Assembly: GCF_988242995.1 (NCBI RefSeq)
Contig: NZ_OZ547043.1
Strand: one strand, 5' to 3'
DNA: 64,000 nt
The notes under the pieces were generated by a model, which ran no database searches, was not told the origin of the DNA, and saw only the letters and a program-made list of their open reading frames with translations. The translations under genes were made by a program, and so were the position numbers. Of the stretch, positions 1 through 10,340 are shown piece by piece; positions within the stretch are counted from its first letter, which is position 1, and each line of letters opens with the position of its first letter.

Positions 1-1312
1 CCGCTTTAACCCAGCCACGATGCTGCTGAATGGCGGTTTCAACAATCGCCAGCCCCAAACCTGTACCGCCAGATTCACGATCGCGTGCTTCATCGGTACG
101 ATAGAACGGACGGAAAATCTGTTCGCGATCTTCCGGGCTAACGCCAGGACCATCGTCGTCCACCGTAATGGTGATACCGTCTTTATCTACCGCAAAGCCC
201 ACTTCAATCTTCGTATGGGAATAACGCAGGGCATTACGAACAATGTTTTCCAGCGCACTCTCCAGGGCGTTCGGGTTGCCGTACAGCGGCCACGGCCCAG
301 GCGGGAAGTTAACCGTCAACGACTTGCCCATTTGCTCGGCTTCGAACGCCGCGTTATCCAGCACTTCGCCCCACAACTGGTTAGCTTTCAATGTCTCGCT
401 TACCAGCGCGTTTTTCTGCTGATTACGTGACATCACCAACAGATCGTTAATCATGCTGTCCAGACGTTGCGCTTCGGTTTCAATACGCTCCAGTTCCTTG
501 CTTTCACCGCTACGACGGCGCAGTAACGCCGTACCCAGTTGCAGACGCGTCAGCGGGGTGCGCAGCTCGTGAGAGATATCAGAAAGTAGACGCTGCTGAG
601 AGGTCATCATGCGCTCCAGCGCGGTGACCATCTGGTTAAAACTGGCACCGGCGGCAAGGAATTCCTGTGGCCCCGCTTCCAGTTCCGGGTGCTGACGTAA
701 GTTTCCCTGGGCAACTTCATCGGCAGCGTTTTTCAGCTTACGCGCCGGTTTTGCCAGACTCCAGGCCAACCACAACAGCAGCGGCGTACTGACCAACATG
801 GTGACAATCAGCAGTAATAGCGGGCGGTCAAACAGTAAGTTAATGAAATCGGATTGAGAACTGCTGGCCGGACGAATCAGATAAAGTTGGTAATTATCTT
901 CGCCATCACGCACTGAGAACGGACCGACCAGTTCCACGCGGCCATACTTTTTCTTCTGCGGATGATCGGCGTTATCGGCCTGACCAATAAAGTTACGAAT
1001 GATCTGCATTTCGCTGCGTTCAGCGCCGATCACGCGGCCCTCGGTGGTCACCAATAACAAACGCTGTCCTGGCGGTGCCCACTTATCAATCGCCCGGAAC
1101 AGACGCCGCCACCACATTAAATCGTTGGGCGGATCGTTCGCCAGCTCCGCTTCGACATGCTGCTCAATCATCAGACCCTGACGCTGTTCGCTATCCAGAA
1201 GCTCGGTCATCTGGCGTGAATCGAGCTTGGGTAACATCAAAACCAACATCAACACCAGCGCCAGCGTCAGCCAGAAGATGGCGAAGATGCGCGCGGTTAA
1301 GCTGCCTATCAT
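1..1312 (-). CDS. cpxA: Envelope stress sensor histidine kinase CpxA, 3' end truncated by window edge (about 20 codons missing)
   Basis: Reverse translation from 1312 gives MIGSLTARIF...; window start reverse-translates to ...GLAIVETAIQQHRGWVKA; start overlaps cpxR stop as in the cpxRA operon. Confidence 0.93.
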   Translation of the reverse strand, partial: MIGSLTARIFAIFWLTLALVLMLVLMLPKLDSRQMTELLDSEQRQGLMIEQHVEAELANDPPNDLMWWRRLFRAIDKWAPPGQRLLLVTTEGRVIGAERSEMQIIRNFIGQADNADHPQKKKYGRVELVGPFSVRDGEDNYQLYLIRPASSSQSDFINLLFDRPLLLLIVTMLVSTPLLLWLAWSLAKPARKLKNAADEVAQGNLRQHPELEAGPQEFLAAGASFNQMVTALERMMTSQQRLLSDISHELRTPLTRLQLGTALLRRRSGESKELERIETEAQRLDSMINDLLVMSRNQQKNALVSETLKANQLWGEVLDNAAFEAEQMGKSLTVNFPPGPWPLYGNPNALESALENIVRNALRYSHTKIEVGFAVDKDGITITVDDDGPGVSPEDREQIFRPFYRTDEARDRESGGTGLGLAIVETAIQQHRGWVKA

Positions 1313-2007
1313 GAAGCAGAAACCATCAGATAGCCGCGACCACGCAAGGTTTTAAACCACGGGTGACCATCTTTACGATCCGGCAGTTTACGACGCAGGT
1401 TGGAAATGTGCATATCAATAGCGCGGTCGAAAGGCGTCAGGCGTTTGCCCAGCACTTCCTGGCTTAAATGTTCACGGGAAACTACCTGACCCAGATGCTG
1501 TGCCAGCAAATAGAGCAGGGTAAACTCAGTACCGGTTAACTCCAGCGTTTGCCCGTCGAAGCTGGCTTCCTGACGGCCTGGATTTAGCACTAAGGCATCA
1601 ACTTCCAGTGTCGGTGAACCGTTGTCGTTGTTTTGCTGTTGCTCGCTCCAGTGCGAACGGCGCAGGATCGCGCGAATACGTGCCACCAGCTCACGATCAT
1701 TAAACGGTTTCGGGAGATAGTCATCTGCGCCCAGCTCAAGGCCGAGAACGCGATCAAGTTCACTGCCGCGCGCCGTCAACATAATGACAGGCGTCTGGTG
1801 TGTCTGGCGAAGTGCTTTTAATGTGTCGATACCATTTTTCTTCGGCATCATTACATCAAGCAAAAGTAAATCAATGCTGTCGTCCAGAAGATCAAGCGCC
1901 TGTTCCCCATCGTGGGCAACAATCACGTTGAAGCCTTCCATCTCGAGCAGCTCCTTTAATAGGGAAGTCAGCTCTCGGTCATCATCAACTAACAGGATTT
2001 TATTCAT
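1309..2007 (-). CDS. cpxR: Response regulator CpxR (232 aa)
   Basis: ORF MNKILLVDDDRELTSLLKELLEMEGF... recognised as CpxR; operon with cpxA. Confidence 0.97.
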   Translation of the reverse strand: MNKILLVDDDRELTSLLKELLEMEGFNVIVAHDGEQALDLLDDSIDLLLLDVMMPKKNGIDTLKALRQTHQTPVIMLTARGSELDRVLGLELGADDYLPKPFNDRELVARIRAILRRSHWSEQQQNNDNGSPTLEVDALVLNPGRQEASFDGQTLELTGTEFTLLYLLAQHLGQVVSREHLSQEVLGKRLTPFDRAIDMHISNLRRKLPDRKDGHPWFKTLRGRGYLMVSAS

Positions 2008-2062
2008 TGTTTAAATACCTCCGAGGCAGAAATTACGTCATCAGACGTCGCTAATCCATGAC

Positions 2063-2077
2063 TTTACGTTGTTTTAC
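2063..2077 (-). promoter_or_regulatory. CpxR box (GTAAA-N5-GTAAA) in the divergent cpxR/cpxP promoter region
   Basis: Plus strand TTTACgttgtTTTAC, i.e. GTAAA-acaac-GTAAA on the minus strand. Confidence 0.6.
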
Positions 2078-2156
2078 ACCCCCTGACGCATGTTTGCAGC
2101 CTGAATCGTAAACTCTCTATCGTTGAATCGCGACAGAAAGATTTTGGGAGCAAATG

Positions 2157-2657
2157 ATGCGCATAGTTACCGCTGCCGTCATGGCCTCAACGCTGGCAGT
2201 CAGTTCATTAAGCCACGCTGCTGAAGTCGGTTCAGGCGATAACTGGCATCCGGGTGAAGAACTTACGCAGCGCAGTACGCAGAGCCATATGTTCGACGGC
2301 ATAAGTTTAACCGAACATCAGCGTCAGCAGATGCGAGATCTTATGCAACAGGCCCGGCACGAACAGCCTCCTGTTAATGTTAGCGAACTGGAGACAATGC
2401 ATCGCCTTGTCACCGCAGAAAATTTTGATGAAAACGCTGTGCGCGCACAGGCAGAAAAAATGGCGAATGAGCAAATTGCTCGTCAGGTTGAGATGGCAAA
2501 AGTCCGCAACCAAATGTATCGCCTGTTAACGCCGGAGCAGCAAGCGGTTTTAAATGAGAAACATCAACAACGAATGGAGCAGTTGCGTGACGTGACGCAA
2601 TGGCAAAAAAGTTCATCGTTGAAGCTATTGAGTAGTAGCAACTCACGTTCCCAGTAG
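2157..2657 (+). CDS. cpxP: Periplasmic Cpx-pathway adaptor/chaperone CpxP (166 aa)
   Basis: [24 protein letters not shown]...; start taken at second Met of the track ORF. Confidence 0.95.
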
Positions 2658-2664
2658 TAAACCC

Positions 2665-2724
2665 TGTTTTCCTTGCCATAGACACCATCCCTGTCTTCCC
2701 CCACATGATGTGGGGGTTTTTTTT
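2665..2724 (+). ncRNA. cpxQ: CpxQ-like 3'UTR-derived sRNA of cpxP, ending at an intrinsic terminator
   Basis: About 60 nt after the cpxP stop ends in GC hairpin cccccacatgatgtggggg (2698..2716) plus T8 (2717..2724); CpxQ is known to be cut from the cpxP 3' end; 5' end position is inferred. Confidence 0.5.
2698..2724 (+). terminator. Rho-independent terminator of cpxP/CpxQ
   Basis: Perfect 5-bp GC stem with 9-nt loop followed by TTTTTTTT. Confidence 0.75.
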
Positions 2725-2736
2725 GTGCACAGAAAA

Positions 2737-2755
2737 CCCCCAGCTAGGCTGGGGG
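2737..2755 (+). repeat. IS200 left subterminal hairpin (8-bp stem, 3-nt loop)
   Basis: cccccagcTAGgctggggg, a perfect inverted repeat. Confidence 0.6.
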
Positions 2756-2867
2756 TTCCGGAAAGCTTTCAGCTTTGAGCCAGTTATTAAAACCCCTTTT
2801 GATTTGTTAAAACACCTTGCGGTCTGGCAACTGCAAGTGTCAAACAAGAAATCAAAAGGGGGTCCCA

Positions 2868-3326
2868 ATGGGGGACGAAAAGAGCTTAGCGCACACCCGC
2901 TGGAACTGTAAATATCACATAGTTTTTGCGCCGAAATACCGAAGACTGGCGTTTTACGGAGAGAAGCGTAGGGCGATAGGCAGTATTTTGAGAAAGCTGT
3001 GTGAGTGGAAAAGCGTACGGATTCTGGAAGCAGAGTGCTGCGCAGATCATATCCATATGCTTGTGGAAATCCCACCCAAAATGAGCGTATCCGGCTTTAT
3101 GGGATATCTGAAAGGGAAAAGCAGTCTGATGCTTTACGAGCAGTTTGGGGATTTGAAATTCAAATACAGAAACAGGGAGTTCTGGTGCCGAGGGTACTAT
3201 GTCGATACGGTGGGTAAGAACACGGCGAAGATACGTGACTACATAAAGCACCAGCTTGAAGAGGATAAAATGGGGGAGCAGTTATCGATTCCATATCCGG
3301 GCAGCCCGTTTACGGGCCGTAAGTAA
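2868..3326 (+). CDS. tnpA: IS200 transposase TnpA (Y1 HUH single-strand transposase, 152 aa)
   Basis: MGDEKSLAHTRWNCKYHIVFAPKYRR...DHIHMLVEIPPK (HuH motif)...YIKHQ (catalytic Tyr); the 17 upstream codons of the track ORF are 5'UTR. Confidence 0.93.
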   Translation: MGDEKSLAHTRWNCKYHIVFAPKYRRLAFYGEKRRAIGSILRKLCEWKSVRILEAECCADHIHMLVEIPPKMSVSGFMGYLKGKSSLMLYEQFGDLKFKYRNREFWCRGYYVDTVGKNTAKIRDYIKHQLEEDKMGEQLSIPYPGSPFTGRK

Positions 3327-3407
3327 CGAAGTTGAATGCAAATGTCAGATCGTATGCGCCTGTTAGGGCGCGGCTGGTAACAGAGCCTTACAGGCGCATT
3401 TGAAAAA

Positions 3408-3426
3408 CCTCCGGCTATGCCGGAGG
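3408..3426 (+). repeat. IS200 right subterminal hairpin (8-bp stem, 3-nt loop)
   Basis: cctccggcTATgccggagg; same architecture as the left hairpin; followed by an AT-rich tract. Confidence 0.55.
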
Positions 3427-3517
3427 ATATTTATTTATCCTCAATTTGCCTGCTGCTTAATGCATTGCAGATGATTTGCTTCCGTTATACTAGCGTCAGT
3501 TGATAGCGGGAGTATTT

Positions 3518-4420
3518 ATGAATCAATCTTATGGACGGCTGGTCAGTCGGGCGGCGATTGCTGCAACGGCGATGGCTTCACTGCTATTGCTGATTAAAAT
3601 TTTTGCATGGTGGTATACCGGGTCGGTGAGTATTCTCGCCGCGCTGGTGGATTCGCTGGTGGATATCGGCGCGTCGTTGACGAATTTACTGGTGGTGCGA
3701 TATTCCCTGCAACCTGCCGACGATAATCACTCGTTTGGTCACGGTAAAGCTGAGTCCCTCGCGGCGCTGGCGCAAAGTATGTTTATCTCCGGTTCGGCAC
3801 TATTCCTCTTTTTGACGGGTATTCAACATCTGATATCTCCAACACCGATGACAGATCCAGGCGTCGGGGTAATCGTGACAATTGTGGCGCTAATTTGTAC
3901 GATTATCCTTGTCTCGTTTCAGCGGTGGGTGGTGCGCCGGACGCAAAGCCAGGCGGTGCGGGCTGATATGCTACATTACCAGTCTGATGTTATGATGAAC
4001 GGCGCAATTCTGCTGGCGCTGGGGTTGTCCTGGTATGGCTGGCATCGCGCCGATGCTCTGTTTGCATTGGGAATCGGCATCTATATTTTATATAGCGCGT
4101 TACGCATGGGATATGAGGCGGTACAGTCATTACTGGATCGCGCATTGCCTGATGAAGAACGGCAAGAAATTATTGATATCGTGACTTCCTGGCCGGGTGT
4201 TAGCGGCGCTCACGATCTTCGCACGCGGCAGTCAGGGCCGACCCGCTTTATTCAGATTCATTTGGAAATGGAAGACTCTCTGCCTTTGGTTCAGGCACAT
4301 ATGGTGGCGGATCAGGTAGAGCAGGCTATTTTACGGCGTTTTCCGGGATCGGATGTGATTATCCATCAGGACCCCTGTTCCGTCGTACCCAGGGAGGGTA
4401 AACGGTCTATGCTTTCATAA
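3518..4420 (+). CDS. fieF: Cation-efflux (CDF family) Fe/Zn transporter FieF (300 aa)
   Basis: [50 protein letters not shown]...; start after 6 upstream codons of the track ORF. Confidence 0.95.
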
Positions 4421-4600
4421 TCAGTATAAAAGAGAGCCAGACCCGCATTTTGTGTATAAAATACCGCCATTTGGCCTGACCTGAATCAATTCAGCAGGAA
4501 GTGATTGTTATACTATTTGCACATTCGTTGGATCACTTCGATGTGCAAGAAGACTTCCGGCAACAGATTTCATTTTGCATTCCAAAGTTCAGAGGTAGTC

Positions 4601-5563
4601 ATGATTAAGAAAATCGGTGTGTTGACAAGCGGCGGTGATGCGCCAGGCATGAACGCCGCAATTCGCGGGGTTGTTCGTTCTGCGCTGACAGAAGGTCTGG
4701 AAGTAATGGGCATTTATGACGGCTATCTGGGTCTGTATGAAGACCGTATGGTACAGCTAGACCGTTACAGCGTTTCTGACATGATCAACCGTGGCGGTAC
4801 GTTCCTCGGTTCTGCGCGTTTCCCGGAATTCCGCGACGAGAACATCCGCGCCGTGGCTATCGAAAACCTGAAAAAACGTGGTATCGACGCGCTGGTGGTT
4901 ATCGGCGGTGACGGTTCCTACATGGGTGCAATGCGTCTGACCGAAATGGGCTTCCCGTGCATCGGTCTGCCGGGCACTATCGACAACGACATCAAAGGCA
5001 CTGACTACACTATCGGTTTCTTCACTGCGCTGAGCACCGTTGTAGAAGCGATCGACCGTCTGCGTGACACCTCTTCTTCTCACCAGCGTATTTCCGTGGT
5101 GGAAGTGATGGGCCGTTATTGTGGCGATCTGACCCTGGCTGCGGCCATTGCCGGTGGCTGTGAATTCGTTGTAGTTCCGGAAGTTGAATTCAGCCGTGAA
5201 GACCTGGTAAACGAAATCAAAGCGGGTATCGCGAAAGGTAAAAAACACGCGATCGTGGCGATTACCGAACATATGTGTGATGTTGACGAACTGGCGCATT
5301 TCATCGAGAAAGAAACCGGTCGTGAAACCCGCGCAACTGTGCTGGGCCACATCCAGCGCGGTGGTTCTCCGGTGCCTTACGACCGTATTCTGGCTTCCCG
5401 TATGGGCGCTTACGCTATCGATCTGCTGCTGGCAGGTTACGGCGGTCGTTGCGTAGGTATCCAGAACGAACAGCTGGTTCACCACGACATCATCGACGCT
5501 ATCGAAAACATGAAGCGTCCGTTCAAAGGCGACTGGCTGGACTGCGCGAAAAAACTGTATTAA
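4601..5563 (+). CDS. pfkA: 6-phosphofructokinase I (320 aa)
   Basis: [25 protein letters not shown]...; 32 upstream codons of the track ORF excluded. Confidence 0.97.
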
Positions 5564-5619
5564 TGATTTCGGAAAAAGGCAGATTCCTTTAGCCTGAAAC
5601 CGATGACAGAAGCAAAAAT

Positions 5620-5717
5620 GCCTGATGCGCTTCGCTTATCAGGCCTACATGAATTCTGCAATTTATTGAATTTGCAAACTTTTGTAGGCCGATAAGGCGT
5701 TCGCGCCGCATCCGGCA
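5620..5717. repeat. REP (palindromic unit) pair / BIME-like element
   Basis: gcctgatgcgcttcgcttatcaggcctac and inverted gtaggccgataaggcgttcgcgccgcatccggca. Confidence 0.8.
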
Positions 5718-5746
5718 TCGATAAAGCGCACTTTGTCAGCAATATG

Positions 5747-5770
5747 AGGCGGATTTCTTCCGCCTTTTTA
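5747..5770 (+). terminator. Intrinsic terminator downstream of pfkA
   Basis: aggcgga-tttct-tccgcct stem-loop followed by TTTTTA. Confidence 0.6.
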
Positions 5771-5881
5771 ATCCCTCAACATATACCCGCAAGTTATAGC
5801 AAATCTTTTTTTATTCTTTAATGTTTTGTTAACCTTCTGGCACGCTTTGCTCATCACAACACAACATAAGAGAGTCGGGCG

Positions 5882-6871
5882 ATGAACAAGTGGGGCGTAG
5901 GGTTAACATTTTTGCTGGCGGCAACCAGCGTTATGGCAAAGGATATTCAGCTTCTTAACGTTTCATATGATCCAACGCGCGAATTGTACGAACAGTACAA
6001 CAAGGCATTCAGCGCCCACTGGAAACAGCAAACTGGCGATAACGTGGTGATTCGTCAGTCACACGGTGGTTCAGGCAAACAAGCGACGTCGGTAATCAAT
6101 GGTATTGAAGCTGATGTTGTCACTCTGGCTCTGGCCTATGACGTGGACGCGATTGCGGAACGCGGGCGGATTGATAAAGAGTGGATCAAACGTCTGCCGG
6201 ATAACTCCGCACCGTACACTTCCACCATTGTTTTCCTGGTGCGTAAGGGCAATCCGAAGCAGATCCATGACTGGAACGATCTGATTAAACCGGGTGTTTC
6301 GGTGATCACGCCTAATCCGAAAAGCTCTGGTGGCGCGCGCTGGAACTACCTGGCAGCCTGGGGCTACGCGCTGCATCACAACAACAACGATCAGGCAAAA
6401 GCACAGGATTTTGTTCGGGCACTGTATAAAAACGTCGAAGTTCTGGATTCTGGCGCGCGCGGCTCCACTAACACCTTTGTCGAGCGCGGAATTGGCGATG
6501 TACTGATTGCCTGGGAAAACGAAGCTCTGCTGGCAGCGAATGAGCTGGGGAAAGATAAATTCGAAATCGTTACGCCGAGTGAGTCTATCCTCGCAGAGCC
6601 AACCGTGTCGGTGGTCGATAAAGTGGTCGAGAAAAAAGGCACCAAAGAGGTGGCGGAAGCCTACCTGAAATATCTCTACTCGCCAGAAGGTCAGGAAATT
6701 GCCGCGAAAAACTACTACCGTCCGCGCGATGCTGAGGTGGCGAAAAAGTACGAAAATGCGTTTCCAAAGCTGAAGTTATTCACCATTGATGAAGAGTTCG
6801 GCGGCTGGACGAAAGCGCAAAAAGAGCATTTTGCTAACGGCGGTACGTTCGATCAGATCAGCAAACGCTGA
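5882..6871 (+). CDS. sbp: Periplasmic sulfate-binding protein (329 aa)
   Basis: [43 protein letters not shown]... Confidence 0.96.
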
Positions 6872-6890
6872 TTTCCCCAGGATAATTATC

Positions 6891-6926
6891 AAACCCGGTG
6901 GTTTCTCGCGACCGGGTTTTTTATTT
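6891..6926 (+). terminator. Intrinsic terminator of sbp
   Basis: aaacccggt ... accgggttt stem followed by TTTTTATTT. Confidence 0.65.
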
Positions 6927-6977
6927 GTCACGATTTTGCGTTACCCTTGCATCTCTTTGAGGTACAGGGAAAAAAAG

Positions 6978-7733
6978 ATGAAAAAAGCGGGTCTTCTTTT
7001 TTTGGTGATGATAGTTATCGCCGTTGTGGCTGCCGGTATTGGTTACTGGAAATTAACCGGTGAAGAGTCGGATACACTACGTAAGATTGTCCTTGAGGAA
7101 TGTTTGCCCAATCAACAGCAAAATCAAAATCCTTCGCCATGTGCGGAAGTCAAACCCAATGCCGGATACGTGGTTTTAAAAGATCTTAATGGCCCACTGC
7201 AATATCTGTTGATGCCAACGTATCGTATTAACGGCACGGAAAGTCCTTTGTTGACCGATCCTTCAACGCCGAACTTCTTTTGGTTGGCCTGGCAGGCGCG
7301 TGATTTTATGAGCAAAAAATACGGCCAGCCGGTTCCCGATCGCGCGGTTTCTTTGGCGATCAACTCTCGCACCGGGCGTACGCAAAACCATTTTCATATT
7401 CATATCTCTTGTATTCGTCATGATGTGCGCGAACAGCTGGATAACAATCTGGCTAACATCAGCAGCCGCTGGTTGCCACTGCCAGGTGGTTTGCGTGGGC
7501 ATGAGTACCTGGCGCGTCGGGTAACGGAAAGCGAACTGGTACAACGCAGCCCATTTATGATGCTTGCAGAGGAAGTGCCTGAGGCGCGGGAACATATGGG
7601 AAGCTACGGGCTGGCGATGGTGCGGCAGAGTGATAATTCGTTTGTTTTGCTGGCGACACAACGAAATCTACTGACGCTGAACCGTGCTTCAGCCGAGGAA
7701 ATCCAGGATCATCAGTGTGAGATTTTGCGTTAA
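6978..7733 (+). CDS. cdh: CDP-diacylglycerol pyrophosphatase (251 aa)
   Basis: [26 protein letters not shown]...; 64 upstream codons of the track ORF excluded. Confidence 0.93.
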   Translation: MKKAGLLFLVMIVIAVVAAGIGYWKLTGEESDTLRKIVLEECLPNQQQNQNPSPCAEVKPNAGYVVLKDLNGPLQYLLMPTYRINGTESPLLTDPSTPNFFWLAWQARDFMSKKYGQPVPDRAVSLAINSRTGRTQNHFHIHISCIRHDVREQLDNNLANISSRWLPLPGGLRGHEYLARRVTESELVQRSPFMMLAEEVPEAREHMGSYGLAMVRQSDNSFVLLATQRNLLTLNRASAEEIQDHQCEILR

Positions 7734-7755
7734 GGCGAGGAGTTAAGGAAAGTAA

Positions 7756-7778
7756 GTGCCGGATATGAAATCCGGCAC
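7756..7778. terminator. Stem-loop between convergent cdh and tpiA, possible terminator
   Basis: gtgccggat-atgaa-atccggcac perfect 9-bp stem; no strong U-tract. Confidence 0.4.
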
Positions 7779-7787
7779 CTGTCAGAC

Positions 7788-8555
7788 TTAAGCCTGTTTA
7801 GCCGCTTCTGCAGCTTTAACGATCACTGCGAAAGCGTCAGCTTTCAGAGAAGCACCGCCAACCAGCGCGCCGTCGATGTCTGGCTGAGCAAACAGTTCTG
7901 CAGCGTTAGACGCGTTTACAGAGCCGCCGTACTGGATGATCACTTGTTCAGCGATGTTAGCGTCAACTTTAGCGATGTGGTCACGGATGAATTTGTGAAC
8001 AGCCTGTGCCTGCGCCGGAGTTGCAGATTTGCCAGTACCGATTGCCCATACGGGTTCGTAAGCGATTACCGCACCTTCGAATGCTGCAGCACCCTGAGTT
8101 TTCAGTACCGCGTCGATCTGACGTGCGCAAACTTCTTCAGTTTTGCCCGCTTCGTTTTCAGCTTCGGTTTCACCGATGCACAGAACCGGAGTCAGACCCT
8201 GCTCTTTCAGCACCGCGAATTTTTTCGCGATCAGTTCGTCAGACTCTTTGTGGTAAGTACGACGTTCAGAGTGGCCGATGATGATGTACTGTGCGCCGAT
8301 GTCTTTCAGCATAGCAGCAGAGGTTTCACCGGTGAATGCGCCGGACAGGTTCAGGTCCACGTTTTGCGCACCCAGCATGATGTGGCTGCCTTCAGCTTCA
8401 CGCTTCGCCATATCGATGTACATTTCCGGTGGTGCGATTGCAACCGCACAGCCAGCAACACCTGCCAGCTCTTTACGCAGATTAGAAACCAGCTCGTGAA
8501 CCATGTGGCGGCTGCCGTTCAGTTTCCAGTTACCCATCACTAAAGGATGTCGCAT
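7788..8555 (-). CDS. tpiA: Triosephosphate isomerase (255 aa)
   Basis: [69 protein letters not shown]... Confidence 0.98.
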
Positions 8556-8662
8556 TTTAATTCTCCACGCTTATAAGCGAATAAAGGAAGATGGCCGCCC
8601 CGCAGGGCAGCAGGTCTGTGAAACAGTATAGAGATTCATCGGCACAAAGGCTTTGCTTTTTG

Positions 8663-9262
8663 TCATTTATTCAAACCTTCAAGCGATTCAGATAGCGCCA
8701 GCTTAATCGGTTCAACAGCGAAGGTCAGCCCCTTTTCGCCGTTGTCCGCGACAACATAACGCAGTGCACCTTCTGTCTCGGTGTAATAACGTTTGTTTTT
8801 CCCCGCCGTTAGTAGCGACTGCAGTTTTTTCTGGCTTTGTGTTTTGGTCATTAATGGGGTGAGTGTGCGGATCACCGCTGCCATGTATTCCTGAGCTTTC
8901 GCTTTCGCGGCTTTTTGCTCTGGCCCCTGGATGGGTAGCCAGGTCATTTGAATGCTTTTGATTTTTAAGGTACCGCGCTCCAGCGCTGTAGAAGCATACA
9001 AGTTCTCATTAATTTTACTGGCAGCACGAGTGAGATTGGCTTTGTCGGGACTGCTGTCGATGGCACGAAATTCGTTCAGTGGCAGGCTGGGATTCTGGCT
9101 GTTAAAGTCTTCTCTAAACTGGCTGATGGAGAGATCGAAAGTAGGGGCTCCAGCCAGCAGATAAGGCGCGGTCGTTGCCGTATCTGGTGTTTGTGCATGC
9201 GCCGTTGTTGTAACGGTTAATGCAGAACATAAGAGAAAAAACAGCGTACACCCTGGCTTCAT
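8663..9262 (-). CDS. yiiQ: Uncharacterised secreted protein YiiQ (DUF1454 family, 199 aa)
   Basis: Position between tpiA and yiiR; N-terminal signal-peptide-like sequence MKPGCTLFFLLCSALTVTTTAHA. Confidence 0.85.
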   Translation of the reverse strand: MKPGCTLFFLLCSALTVTTTAHAQTPDTATTAPYLLAGAPTFDLSISQFREDFNSQNPSLPLNEFRAIDSSPDKANLTRAASKINENLYASTALERGTLKIKSIQMTWLPIQGPEQKAAKAKAQEYMAAVIRTLTPLMTKTQSQKKLQSLLTAGKNKRYYTETEGALRYVVADNGEKGLTFAVEPIKLALSESLEGLNK

Positions 9263-9362
9263 TGACAGTACCTTTTGTTATGACTGGCTCCGATTAAAAC
9301 GATATCTGTCGCCCTTGTCAAAAGGGTAGAATCCTGGAAAAGACAACCATCAAGGAACTTAC

Positions 9363-9803
9363 ATGACCATACAGCAATGGTTATTCTCATTTAAAGGGCG
9401 TATTGGACGCCGTGATTTCTGGATTTGGATAGGCCTGTGGTTCGCAGGCATGCTGGTGCTTTTCTCACTGGCGGGTAAAAATTTACTCGATATTCAGACT
9501 GCGGCGTTTTGCCTTGTGTGCTTGCTCTGGCCAACAGCGGCAGTAACCGTTAAGCGCTTGCATGATCGCGGGCGTTCCGGCGCATGGGCATTTCTGATGA
9601 TTGTGGCGTGGATGCTGCTGGCGGGTAACTGGGCGATTTTACCGGGTGTCTGGCAATGGGCGGTGGGGCGTTTTGTCCCGACGTTGATTCTGGTGATGAT
9701 GCTTATCGATCTTGGTGCGTTTGTTGGCACACAAGGCGAAAATAAATATGGTAAAGATACCGAGGATGTGAAGTATAAAGCCGACAATAAATCAAGTAAT
9801 TAA
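9363..9803 (+). CDS. yiiR: Inner-membrane protein YiiR (DUF805 family, 146 aa)
   Basis: Hydrophobic ORF MTIQQWLFSFKGRIGRRDFWIWIGLWFAGMLVLF...; synteny. Confidence 0.85.
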   Translation: MTIQQWLFSFKGRIGRRDFWIWIGLWFAGMLVLFSLAGKNLLDIQTAAFCLVCLLWPTAAVTVKRLHDRGRSGAWAFLMIVAWMLLAGNWAILPGVWQWAVGRFVPTLILVMMLIDLGAFVGTQGENKYGKDTEDVKYKADNKSSN

Positions 9804-10014
9804 CCTTTAATATATCTCTTACTGCTATTTTTTTCCGGGATTGTTATTTCCACGATGCAAATGACAATACCCGGAAAATCCTTCTGAACTCTTCACCTTA
9901 AGCAATATCAAAAAAAATGGTAATCCATAAGATCATTACTTGTTTGTTCTTCCCTTAACGGCGCATTATTCTTAAGTCGTAATCGACAGAGAGGCGAATA
10001 TACAGAGGTGCCCT

Positions 10015-10314
10015 ATGAAAGATGTCGTAGATAAATGCAGTACTAAAGGATGTGCGATTGATATCGGTACGGTGATTGATAACGACAACTGTACCAGTAA
10101 GTTTTCGCGCTTTTTTGCCACCCGCGAAGAAGCAGAGTCCTTTATGACCAAACTGAAAGAGCTTGCCGCCGCTGCATCCTCTGCAGATGAAGGGGCCAGC
10201 GTGGCCTATAAGATTAAGGATCTGGAGGGGCAAGTTGAGCTTGATGCGGCCTTCACCTTCTCATGCCAGGCCGAGATGATTATTTTTGAGTTATCACTGC
10301 GTTCGTTAGCTTGA
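10015..10314 (+). CDS. yiiS: Small conserved protein YiiS (99 aa)
   Basis: Synteny, immediately upstream of uspD. Confidence 0.8.
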   Translation: MKDVVDKCSTKGCAIDIGTVIDNDNCTSKFSRFFATREEAESFMTKLKELAAAASSADEGASVAYKIKDLEGQVELDAAFTFSCQAEMIIFELSLRSLA

Positions 10315-10340
10315 TGGAGTTGCTTTAGAAGGAGTTAAAC

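Larger units (their letters stand above)
2725..3435 (+). mobile_element. IS200-like insertion sequence (IS200/IS605 family), about 0.71 kb, apparently complete
   Basis: Contains a 152-aa Y1/HUH transposase ORF; similar subterminal hairpins near each end (2737..2755 and 3408..3426); about 710 bp of extra DNA in the cpxP-fieF interval compared with the ~150 bp I recall for K-12; ends approximate to about 15 bp. Confidence 0.8.

Noticed and set aside
20-430. 136-aa plus-strand ORF at the window start
   Set aside because: Lies antisense within cpxA, whose reverse translation matches CpxA exactly; a spurious shadow ORF.
2817-2867. 17-codon N-terminal extension (MRSGNCKCQTRNQKGVP) on the IS200 transposase ORF
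   Set aside because: IS200 TnpA is 152 aa starting MGDEKS; the upstream in-frame ATG lies within the structured 5'UTR and lacks a ribosome-binding site.
3354-3402. Long-loop inverted repeat (atgcgcctgt...acaggcgcat) as an independent REP or terminator
   Set aside because: Lies inside the IS200 3' region downstream of tnpA and is most simply part of the element.
4757-5485. 242-aa minus-strand ORF
   Set aside because: Entirely antisense to pfkA; no independent start signals; typical GC-rich shadow frame.
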